Assembly: GCA_004431415.1 (NCBI GenBank)
Contig: QPMI01000473.1
Location: 1 to 64,000, forward strand
Length of the DNA stretch: 64,000 nt
Reading direction: 5' to 3'
Origin: Cyanophora paradoxa CCMP329
Lineage: Eukaryota > Plantae > Glaucophyta
Of this stretch, positions 45,622 through 57,400 are shown piece by piece; the first letter of the stretch is position 1; every line of letters begins with the position of its first letter. Position numbers and translations under genes: made by a program. Below the pieces are notes generated by a model. That model did not search any database. It saw only the letters and a program-made list of their open reading frames with translations, and was not told the DNA's origin.

Positions 45622-46864
45622 GTACCCCCGTAGCCACGGTATACGTAGCGCAATATAGCGCTAGCGCTATAGCTAGCTTCACGCGCGCCACGGCGCCGGC
45701 GCCGGCCGCGGCCGCGCGTGCGCGCGCGCCGGTAAGCAGCAGCGCAGCCGCATAGCCTAGTAGACAGCTGCTGCGTCAAGCGCTAGCAGCAAGCTTAAGC
45801 GGGGGGGGGGGGGGGGGACGCGGGCGGCATATGCTTCAGGGGGATGCATATGAGTCGGATGAGACGATGAATAGAAATAATCGAAACGAGTTTTTTTCGA
45901 ATTCATCACAAACTCTTGATCATGAAGCTCATCTGGACGGCATGGGCCTAGATAGCTAGGCCTGGTACCATTGTTTCAGAATCGCTACCTTAGAATTCGA
46001 ATCGTGGAACATCGAAGTAGGGCTGGAGCCTACCGTAGTAGTACTGTTGCACCGCGAGAACGCGGGAGGCTGCAGCTGTGACTCAGTGAGCTGCACTTCG
46101 ATCGCGCCAATCGTCTGAGTAATATTAATTTTCTTGCGCTCTTACATGTACATATGAATTTCGAATTAAAACATCCGCCGCACTGGGGTCGAATTCTAGC
46201 TCTAATTATGGTCCTTAAGCTTTTTTCGAGAGACTGGTTAACACGGCCGGCTGAGCTTGCAGTTCTGATTCAGTTCCCCGATCTGTCTCAAAGCATATGA
46301 TACGGCATACGAGAACTTCGGAACACAAGGTGGTGAGCATACCGTAGTAGTGCTAGCTCAAACCACCGCTTGAATCTACGCGAGGAGGCTCGAGCGACTA
46401 GCCTAGTATACGTAGCTATAGCTCGCGGCAGCCTCGCGCGGCCAGAGTCGCGCCTAGCTAGGCGCGAGCGGATCGGATCCGGAGGCTCGAGCTCGAGCGA
46501 CTAGTACTCGAGCGCGCGGATCCGGAGCGGCGGAGACTCGAGCGACCGCAGTGCGCGACCGTCGGACCACGGCGCCGCGCCGCAGTGCGCATGCGCGCGC
46601 GCGACGTCGACCGCACCGCGGGCTCACGAGCTCGCGTCGCCGCGGCGCCCCGCAACTCGAAGAGTCGGCCTAGGCCTCGTGATCGACATCGCCGAGAGTC
46701 GGCGGCCCGGCTAGCCTAGTAGCGGCGGCGATCGGCGGCGACTCGGCGGCCGACGTCGACGCGTACGTGGACATCGATTGCGATATCGAAAACGACGTAG
46801 TTCCCCAAAACGACGTCGTTCCCCCAAACGCTAGATTTTTACATCGTTTGCAAACGGAAATTAA

Positions 46865-46930
46865 TTATTTTTTTTGGTGAATTACCGGCCACAGTCTCTA
46901 TAGCTAGACACCAGCACTGCGGGGGCTGCC
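46865..46930 (-). mobile_element. Ultra-truncated (~65 bp) insertion of the L1/Tx1-like LINE 3' end
   Basis: Matches 26740-26797 apart from a 6-nt insertion. Flanked by a 14-bp TSD CAAA[C/T]GGAAATTAA (46851-46864 and 46931-46944). Confidence 0.88.
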
Positions 46931-47622
46931 CAAATGGAAATTAAACTACGTGGCGGATTATCCGCGGATAACGGAACTTTATATAATTAGTTGGATGTAA
47001 CGGAAAATAAATGGCGGATACTATATAGCTAGTAACGGAAAGTAACGGAAACACACCGTGATTGCAGTCTGCATGCATGCAGCTAGACTACTGCTGTTCA
47101 ACGGTTGTATGGGCTTTATAAGCAGGCTTTAGGTAACGCGTACGCAGCTACAGCCCGCAGGCAGCAGCAGCGCAGCTGCAGTCTGCATGCAGCTGGACTA
47201 CAGCAGCGCAGCGCAGGCTGCAGCAGCGCGCTGCATGCGGCAGCTGCAGCTGCAGCTTCTGTACATGTGCACGCGTACGTGGCTAGCGCGCGCTAGCAAA
47301 GGCGCTTGTCTTGAAGGAGCACATCAGCAAGCGGAGTCAACGCAGCGCCGCGGCCGTCTCCTGAATTCGAAGTACCGAGCTCGAGGCGGGGAGGGATTAT
47401 ATAATTATTCTTTTGCCGCAGTGCCCTGAAAAAGTCTGACACGTGCGCGTACGCGTATACGTAGGCAGCGCATGCGCAAAGCACCTGCCCGCGCCCGCTG
47501 CAATGTTGCAAACAGCAGTGCAAATATTGCACTTACAATCATCGAATTACAATTCATGCGCGCTTCCCGCTCATGATCAGACAGAGACTGCAGCTGGAAT
47601 CTGCTGGATCCAGAGTTCGCAA

Positions 47623-47833
47623 TTTGTTTTTTTGGTGAATTACCGGTCACAGCCTCTAGTCTACTCCAGCACTGTGGGGGCATGTACAGGCAAGGTAGGG
47701 ACCGTAGGGCATGATAGGATGAAATTCTGGAACGAGCGGGATTCGAAGGCGTGATTCTCATCGCAGGGCGATTCGAATACGGGAGGTATGAATTAGACAG
47801 CGTGTATGATAACCACACCGCTATGAGCGGGGG
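47623..47833 (-). mobile_element. tRNA-derived SINE with a LINE-derived 3' tail
   Basis: 12-bp TSD CAGAGTTCGCAA (47611-47622 and 47834-47845). A-box-like TAGCGGTGTGGTTATCA and B-box-like TTCGAATCCC. The last ~50 nt are homologous to the LINE 3' end (...CCGGTAATTCACC-An). Confidence 0.85.
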
Positions 47834-48299
47834 CAGAGTTCGCAAGGTTATTCGCGAGACCGACTTATATTAATTACTCGGCATATGCATCGATACCAGA
47901 AGACTTCATGATCAAAAACAATTATTAAATTTATACTGGAGACTGGAGGGACACGGAGACTGGGGTCGGGGCCCCTAGCGGCCCTAGCTATAGCTACAAG
48001 GAGAGGCGCAGCCAGGCGCCGGGGCGGTCCGAGTGCATTACGAGGTCCATGCATATGAGCATCAAAAACCCTAACTACAAATATGTGTCAAAGGTGAACT
48101 TCCCGAAGCGCTAGCCCGGCAGCCGACCGCGCCCGGTCAGAGGGATCCGGAAGCTCTAGCAGCAAGGAAGAACGGGGTATGAAATATCCGTATCGGTTCG
48201 CCTGCTGCATCTGAACAGCGGCAGAGTTTCGAGCTCCCGATCCAGATACGGGCGCTGCCGAGCTCGAGCGTGAACCCGCAACGATGGCGGCCAGGCTCT

Positions 48300-51200
48300 G
48301 CGAAGCGGAAAGGGGTACGGTGCAATCAATCAAGAAGTATATATCAAAGTCGAATCGCCATCGATATCTTTTGGTCTTGACATCAAACATAAAAGAGGCC
48401 GACCTGTGGAGCTCTTTCCGCAACGAGATTCGGGACAATGTCCTGCTTGATGTCGTGCATCAGTTTCTTTGAAGGCAGGCATCATTTCTATTTTTTGCGG
48501 TTACAAGTTTCGAATTCCAAGCAGCGAACCTGTGACGAAGAAGATCTAGATCCCTCGACGGCATCCCTCGAGCCCCCCGACGACGTTGAAGGTGTTAACG
48601 ACTTCGAGCGACGTGGATATCGAACGGGACCGTTGACGGACGTCAGACTCGGAGAGGGTGCGTGAGCCGCTTGCGCCGGCGCCGGTGCAGGAAGCTGCGC
48701 GTGCCCGCCGACGTCCTCTGCCTCGTCGTTGCGACCTCGCAGCTTCCGCACGTACTCGCCGAAGTACCCAGACGGGTCCTGCTGAGAACGTAAGCGAGCG
48801 CCATTTCCTTCAGGCGGCGCGTGTGATGACCTGGAGAATGGTTCTGAGTGTCAGGTAGGCGATGGCTAGCTGCCCAACTACATTGCGGCCCGCCGCAGCG
48901 AGGGACGCCATCCCGGACAGCGCCATGATCCACGTCGCTTTCGTCTGTTGAATATTTGAACGTTCGAATTCGTGATTATGATCAGCCCACGCGATTGATT
49001 ATGATGGCGGATCTGTAAATATGATGATGAGGCTTCCAAAAACGATCGGACCTTACGAACAACGAGAAGATACGTCGGGGACGTTTCGAAGACGGCCTGA
49101 AAGGCCACGCTCTCCCCCGCGCAGTCGGGGTGCGAAAGCGGGAGCGTCGGCGAGCAGAGGGAAAAAGAGGACTCGTCCCGCTCGGAGTCCCGGTTGCTGG
49201 AGGGGTACAGGGCCAGGTCGTAGCGGGGCGACCCGTCTGCCTTGTCGCTGAAGTGGATGGCTGCGCTCGTGCGAGCGCGCGGCGCGCGTTGATGTCACGA
49301 ATTTCGAACGAGTTCTCGCGCAGAGCCTGCACGCAGAGAAAGACCTGTTAATGTCATCGGTACGATGAGGGGGCGAGTCCCACGGAAGACCGACCGCGAG
49401 CTCTGCTGCTTCACGATCGAGGGAAGTTCAGACAAGACAGGGAAGCTGAAGGCAGCGCAGGACCCAGCTCGAGCCCGAGCCGCGCGGCGGTTTGAAGCCT
49501 CACCCCTGGCAACGCCGTCTCCATCTGGTCGCGGGGCAAGATGACCCCTTCCACCGCAAGGTACGTCGGAGCGCGAATCTGCGGTCGGTGCCGAACTCAG
49601 TCACGTGCACGACTCGGTCACGATCAGGATCACGATTCAAAATACGAGCTGACCATGAAATTCGCGCCGATCGCAAACGCGGTGCGAGAGCGGATCCTCA
49701 GGTCGACGGTGACATTCGTCGAGGCGGTGAGACTGTGCGCGCGTAAACGTGCACACTTACAGCTCAAGTGATTGCTCGCGTTTTATTTGCAGCAAGCTTA
49801 AGCGCAAGCTGCGCACCGGCATTCGCTGCAACGCCAGCTGACACTGAACACGGGCAATAAAGCGAGTCATAATCGTTAAGCAAACATAGAATGCAGAAAA
49901 TGAAAATAACGCACAAGCATGAGCGGTGAGTAGAGTTGTAAGTAGCGAAACCGGATGCAATGCCGCCGTCCACGGTCCCTAAGCCGCTGACGGAGATGTA
50001 CACGCCCGCGAGCAAGACACCCGAGGTGCCCTCCTGCAGCTCGCAGCTTCCTGTGAAGCATTGAAAGATTGCGTTGTCCTTGCAATTGCAAACACGCACC
50101 CACGAAGCCGCGGAAGCTGGCGGAGACTTCGAAGTACCCCGCGATTTCATTGGCTGAGGGGGAGCTCCCCGGGTTCAGCGATTGCGTGACGAGATAATTC
50201 GCGATGCTCTGCGTTCGCTTTGTCAAATTTCCGGCACAGAATGCCTTCAGGACTCGAGGGCTGTACGCACAAACTCAAGCAGGACGAATGCCACTGCAAA
50301 CGCAAACATTCGTGGTCAGCATTGAAAAAAGCTAGTCGAAGAACACTTCTAGAAATTTGCGCGACTCTTCTAATTAATATATTGACCGCTGATCACGACG
50401 CACCAGCGACTAGGGACACCCCGACGCCGACAATTGCAAAGAAAGCTCCCCGAACGGATTTTCGTTGCAGATCTTCTAGATCTTCTGCTGTGTCTCTGAG
50501 ATTCGAGTTTTCCGACTTCTGGTCTTGTCTTCTGTCTTGCCGTCCTCTGCCACTGTTCTCACCGCTTTTGTTTCCGTTTTTGGTTCTGTCTGCGCATGCT
50601 TTCGCCCTTTCGGCTTCCTTTGCTTTGTTGAATGTGTCCGAGTAATAAATGTCCATTTTTCGAATCTGGTGGGTTGTTAGAGAACGTGGTTTAGCTGTTT
50701 CGTAACACAAGATCTAGCCAGAGAGTACCATATCTCGGCGCCTCTGTGCCTCCTTTCCGCCCGGTGGCACGATGACCTGCGTAGAGCTTCATCAGAATTC
50801 AGCGAAAGACTTGCAATTGCAGGACAAGTCGCACCTTTAAATAGAGCCATAGCGCTAGCGCAAAAACCAGGAGGAGAGCGCCGAAGGCTCCTGCGACATA
50901 TGCAAATATACGGTACAGGTTCGCGACTGCCACCTAAGAGTAATCCATTATCATTATGAGCAGTCCAGCATGTGACCTGTTGACAGGTGTAATCACTCAG
51001 AGTACCTCTTCGCCGCGGATCGCGGCGCGCGTTATGTTGGCGATTGTCGTGTCGAGCTTAACCGACTCTGTTTGGAGGACGATATCTGGATCCGTTGTGG
51101 GCGCAGGGACGATCGAGGCCAGAGTCGTCGCGCCCAAGAGGGCGCGCCGGCGACCGGCCGCGACCCCTTCGAGCCGCTGTTCGATGAGCGCTCGAAAGAA

Positions 51201-51391
51201 CGCCAGGCCGACGGGCTCGCTTGTAGCCACAGGGCAGAGCTCTCCTTCCTCACACGGCAGACAGTTGGAGCTGCCGGCCCCTCGCGCAAAGAACCCTCCA
51301 GCACAAGGCTCGCACTTTCCAAACGTCATGCTCGCATTACGGAACGTCCCGGCTGTACGAGCGCCCACGGAATTACATAATAAATCAGAAT

Positions 51392-51446
<55 letters not shown>

Positions 51447-54400
51447 CGATCCTTACCTGGGCACGGAGCGCAGGCGAGTCTGCCTTCACTTGAAACGTAG
51501 CCTAGATCGCAGGGGGTGCACTCCGCGGCGCCATCCCCCGAAACCGTGTTGACGGGACACGGCATACAGACGGGGGAGGAGGCCGGGAGGAAAGTAGAAG
51601 CTCCGCACGGGACGCAGGACGTTCGGGTGGGGTCGGCGATGTGCCCGGGAGGGCAAGGTGCACAGCGAGCATCTGGTGCAAATCCCTTAGTCGTCGCTCG
51701 CATGCGCAGTGGCGAAACCTAACAGATTCTTCTTACAAGATAAGCTAGCAGATTCTTATCGCGAGATAGAAACTCGGGCGCACCGCCTTTCGTAGAGAAG
51801 CTCTTTGGAGGACAGGGCTCGCAGTCGCCATCATTCGGGAATGCTCCCCCTGGGCACTTCCTGCGGCGATTCATGAATGTCTATATCATCTATATCATCC
51901 GTCGCATCGCAAAGCGAAGCGTCAGCTCTTTGCAAAAAGATTTGCACCGGCAGTCGGCCATGTCTTCTCGCGGAACTTCGCCCTTGGGACTGCGCGCGCG
52001 CACAAGCACGCGTATCGCGAAGGCATCAAACTATAGTTTTAAGCACAGGCCATTACAGCTTCAGCTGCGTTCAGTGGCAATCTTGTCGCGCACCACAGCT
52101 CGCACTCGATAGTGCCCGGAGCTCGGGCCACCTTTGCCTGCAGGGTTCATTAAAACTTAATGTTGCTCGCTCAGGCTACAAATCGAGTCTAGGGCAGAAG
52201 CAAACCTCCGGACATGGGCGGCAGCCAAAGCCAGTCATGTTTGCATCTCCAGATCGGTAAAAGCCCTGCATGAAAAGTAAAACTCTTAGAACGCAGATCT
52301 AGACGTACACATTGCAATCGGGGAGGACACCAATGGACACGGGAGACATGAACGGAAGTCCGGAGACGAGTAGTGGCCAAGTGGGCAGGCGGCGCAGCTA
52401 AAGGCCGTCCCTTCATCGGGAGCGTGAGTGTTTACTGGGCACTGTGCAAATTGAAGAAAGGAATTCATGAGTTCAGCGCCGGGGAAAAGCTCAAGACCAA
52501 GAAACTGATCAACCCTAACCTGCACACAGGCTTCCGTTCCGTTCGGCATAAAAAGTCCTGAAAATCGAAAGCGCGTGAGGTGAATGGCCTTGGAAGAGCA
52601 GGTCACGCGGGGTTGCACCCGGTTCGCATCTGCAGACGTTCGACGTCGACGTCAGGACCCGGAGAGGCTACGCCAAAGAGAAAAGGAGAGCGGGCCGCGC
52701 ACGGGATGCACTCTGTAGAATCTGCGGACGCTACAGCACCGGTCCGGCATTTGAGGCAGGCTTCAGCCGTGCCCGGAGGCGCCCAGGTGCCCTAATTACA
52801 AAGACAAGGTCATGATCGGGGGTTGACTCTGGAATGAACAAAGGAAATTGCTAATGAGCACCGCTCGACATGGAAGGCACACGTTCATGTCGCGGGCCTT
52901 AAACGTTCCTCCAGCGCAGACGGTGCACTCAGTACTGCGCATTTAAATTTGCATCGGGGCAGCGAACGAAGCCGAAAATTGGAGGACACATTCCGCACCG
53001 ATCGCCGCTAGAGATTGACCCGACTGGGCACGCTCGGCACATGTCAAAGGCGCCCAATGAGCTGACGCTGCCCTCTGGACACGCCTGCTCGGTCCAATCT
53101 GAAGGTCACTAGCAGGCGTCTCATTGATCATGAAAAGAGGAAAGCGCACTCGACACGTCGCATTTGTTTCAAAGGTTCCTACAGGACACGCTAGGCACTG
53201 CGTTCTGCCCATGGAGTTCAGTATAGTATAGAAGTCAATAAACTGTGTTGTTTACTTGAATTCACGAACCGGTCTTCGGTAGATTGCGTGCCACGCTCGC
53301 TGCGCTCAGAACGCAACGTTAACGTTGTCATGCACATGCGACCGGTTTGTGCACGCATGCAAGCCGCTGTGCCGCACCAGGCTGTGCACAAGGCGGCTCC
53401 TGGAGCGTTTGAAATAAATCCGAACGAGCACTGTGTGAGACGGGTCATCGTGTCAGCCGCCGCACGCCGTGCTCGAAACACAAATTTAAATATTAACAGC
53501 ACGAAAGCGCGATGGCGCGAACCGCAGCACAAAACGTCATTTCCTGCGAGCGGTAGGTCCCGGCAGCGCAAGGGGTGCAGCCCTCGCGATCGTAGCTGAC
53601 TACGGTGCCAGGTGGACTGTATGGCGCGCGCAGGACGAGAACGTGAGCCGGCGCGCTGCGGAGCAATGCGGTCAAGTCGCTGCCAAGCACTCGCACCACT
53701 CCGTGCACTCGGTCATGCCAGCTTGTGATGTGAATGTGTTGCCTGATAAAGTATCGGAAAGCGTTTAGCGTTCCTGATAGAAAGACTTATAGCCAAAGCG
53801 GACCCATACAGTCTCTGCATCGAAAACTTTTCTCGTATGTTCCTTTCTCGCATCTGCAAATAGAGTAGTGAATTTACTATCGGATAATATTAAATTATAA
53901 TATATAGTGGCGGGCAATATAGAAATGCGGAGTTGCTTTGATCTAACTGAGCCGCAGCGCAGAGCCGCAGCGCACTTGGAGCACGACGTTTGTTCGGGGT
54001 TGGGGACGCTTCCTGGCTCGCACCTGGTCGTGGGAAAGCTGTAATTTACGAGAAAGGAAGAGCATGAGCCGATTTATAATTACATTGTATAGTTTGCCGA
54101 GCCAGGCATGGCAACGGCCCCCAGGGGGACCTTGACACAGGCCGCCATATCGTCCGAGCGATAATAGCCGCCCAGGCACAACTGCAGGAACGGTGGAACT
54201 CTGGCGGATATCGATGCTTTAATTTGCCAAATCACCTCGCACGTGAGCGCGTCGGCGGCTGCCACTGTCCCTGGGCCGCACGGGATGCAGCTGCCAACGA
54301 ATTTGTCGAATGGGGCGACCGCGTTGAGAGGGCATCGTCTGCAGACGCCGTCCGATTCATAGCTCCCCGCCTGCCGTAGAACGTATTCGCGGCTTCGTTC

Positions 54401-57400
54401 AGCAACGGAATGTTCAGCACAATGCTGGGTCGCACTCGACAGGGAATGCAGTCGGACTGCGCGACATTTGGAATTGTCCCGGGCTCGCATCTACAGTTTG
54501 CGTACAAGAGGTTACGATGTTTGTGCACATCACTCAAGCTTAGTCATTAGAAATCATTCAAAATCACTCTTACGTCGTGAAGTTTGAGGAGCCAGGAAGG
54601 GAGACCGCCCGCTCGGGCACCGCGTCACAGAAAATCATGCCCATGCTCCGATATGTTCCTGTTGGGCAGAGAACTGCGCGATGCACCCTTAAGCTCGAGA
54701 ATGTAGAGACCCGCACGTGCCTGCAGGCTCTGCTAAACCACGCGAACCACACGACTGCGAGTCTTCGGCACTGACTGTGCCTGGGCTGCATTCTGCGGGA
54801 TCCCCCTGAAAATCAGGTCTTAAAAAGCTTCTATTCGCTGGACCGGCCGTGCATGCCTAGGCATCCAGTTGCTGAATCGTGCGAAGAATAACTGTTCAAG
54901 GGGCACCGTCTGCAAACCCCGCGGTCCTCATAAGTGCCAGCCTGAGAGATTTTGCAAGCGTAAGCCTTCGAATACACTAGCGATCTTTTCACTGTACACT
55001 GGTGTCAATTCAAAGACAGACTCGCACCCGACATGGGATACATTCTGACCGAGCCGTATTAGCCACGTTCCCCGGATCGCACCTGCGGAAGCGCGGCCCG
55101 GGCGAAATTATATGAAGTAAAAACATTAAATATAAAATGAAACAGATGCAGCGGACAGTGTGTAGTTTGACGAGCCCGGTAATGCCACACCTCTTGATGG
55201 CACGGAGTCGCAGAATATCATATCCAGGCTCCGGTACGACCCCGCTGCAGATGATCATGAGTTCACTGACAAAAAAGGGCAGATTGAAGTGCCGCACCAG
55301 GGCACAAAACTGTGCACACGACGAGAAGGCAACATGTACATATATAGAACCCATTCAGTCAGCTCTTCGTGGCAACGTTCACCCCACGCGCGCCCGGCGC
55401 GACGCTCGGAGCTCGGACCGCAGGTTTGTGAATCGTCGGACGCCACCGATCCCGGTCTGCAGGCAGTGCAGTTAAGAACGCCGCTTGCCGATGCCACCGT
55501 GTTCAAAGGGCATCTGTGCTTGTTTCATGATCATGGAGTCCGGTCTAAGAGCACGGTAGCCCTCACCGTCTGCAGATTCCTTCGTCCTCGTAGCTTCCAG
55601 CATAGCACGGCGCGCACTCGGATTTGGACGGGTTCGGAACCGTTCCGGGATTGCATGTCGTGAAAATCGCGGAGCCGGGCGCGGCGGCAGACTTCGAGGG
55701 CACGGGCTCGCAGTTCGCCATCAAAGCCGTGCGGTACGTTCCTGCCTCCGCAGGTCGCTCACAGAGGCGTCGCGATGACGCAGGTATATATATTCGAATT
55801 CGCACCTGCGGCACACGAGATGCAGTTCTGCGAAAATAAAAATGGGAATGCATCTCAGCCTAATTGATAATCGCGTTGAAGCCTTCGAGCCGCACCTGAG
55901 CGTCTGCAGAGGCCACAGTACCCGCAGCGCAAGGTTCGCAGACCGTTACCCCTGCTCGCGAAGACACAGTATTGAGCGGGCAGCGCTGGCACTCGTTGCT
56001 GTACTCGTAAGTGCCTTTCGGGCATCTTCGCGATATCGAGAATCGAAAGTGAGCTCAATACTTAGATTTGGATGAGACTCAAACGCAAACGATACGAAAT
56101 CTACGCACGAGAAGCATTCGCTCTTTCCAATGTTAGAATAGGTGCCATTCGGGCAGCTGCTCAAAGGATATCTAGATGAGCCGTCTACTTGTCGAGGGAG
56201 AAGCAAAAGGACCGAGGGGTGGGAAGCAAAAACGTATCGCACCGAGAGCACGAAGCTTGGCCGCTGAGACTCGTCCAACCGTCCTTGCACGGCTCGCACG
56301 TGCTCATGTTACCAGCACGGTACGATCCTGCGCACGGGGTTTAGTACAGAAAACCCAGAGCGTTGTCGCATCCGCACCCGAACTCGCGAATTCGCGAGTT
56401 CTTTTTTGGCAAACTTTTTGTGAAAAACTCGCACCCAAGAAGCACGGGAGGCACAACTTGAAATCCATAGAGACGTAAAAGCCGTCCGCACAAACTGCGA
56501 ATCAGGCGTCGACACATTACACGAAAATGATGAAATGACTGAAACCGAACCCGTGCAGTTAGTCGATCCCTCGAAAGGGGCTGCGGTATTCTATAACCCA
56601 ATTTTCCTTATCAATAGCGTGAACAAGCGCAGTTTTAATCAAGTTTTAAAGTACCGCAGGGCATCGTTTGCACTCGCCAGGCTGACCCAAATCCTCGTAG
56701 CTCCCCGCCTGCACAATGTATCCACGATCGGTCACAAATGATTCAGAGTAGCAAGTATGTTTCATAGCTATAGCAGACCGGGCAAGGCCTGCAATCGCGC
56801 CTCTCGCCTGAGCTCGTCCAACCGGGCTCGCAAGCGATGCACCCGGAGCCTTCGAAGCTGTATGTGTCTGTATCGACGCGGGCGATCGATTGAGTGTGAG
56901 TTCCGCATTTCGCGCACAATTTCATGTAACCACACAGCGCAGTGCTAACCTGCCGGGCACTGGAAGCAGGAGAATTCAGTCGCTGGGCGGAAGTAGCCGT
57001 CGCGGCAAATCGTGCAGTCATCCTGGCCGGCATTCGTGACTCGGTTCTGAAGCAGGTTAGACGCAGAGCGGGGTGATTTTCAATCTAGAGAGCGTCTGAG
57101 AGCACCTCGGGACAGGCCGTGCAGTTACCGAAGCGGCCGGCTTTTGAGAACGTGCCGGAGGGGCACTGATGACAGGGAGCCAGTGCCTCCGGTTGGTAGG
57201 TTCCGGCCTGGCACCTACGTGTAGACCAAATATCAGGTATCAGGCCTAGGCGTCAGAACTGCTGCGCTGGTGACTCCGCGCACTTCTCGCAGCGAGTTGC
57301 GTCAATGGAGGGAACCTCCCCCAGCGGACCTGCAAGCGAGCTTAAATATTAAACACCGGGCAGTTCGCAAGATCGGAGAATCCATAGCTCACAGTACGAG

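Noticed and set aside
45796-46220. Possible TTAA-flanked DNA transposon fragment
   Set aside because: No convincing terminal inverted repeats.
46384-46504. GGAGGCTCGAGCGACTAG versus GGAGGCTCGAGCTCGAGCGACTAG as another triplication event
   Set aside because: Ambiguous: equally explained by simple tandem duplication of CTCGAG, so not counted as evidence.
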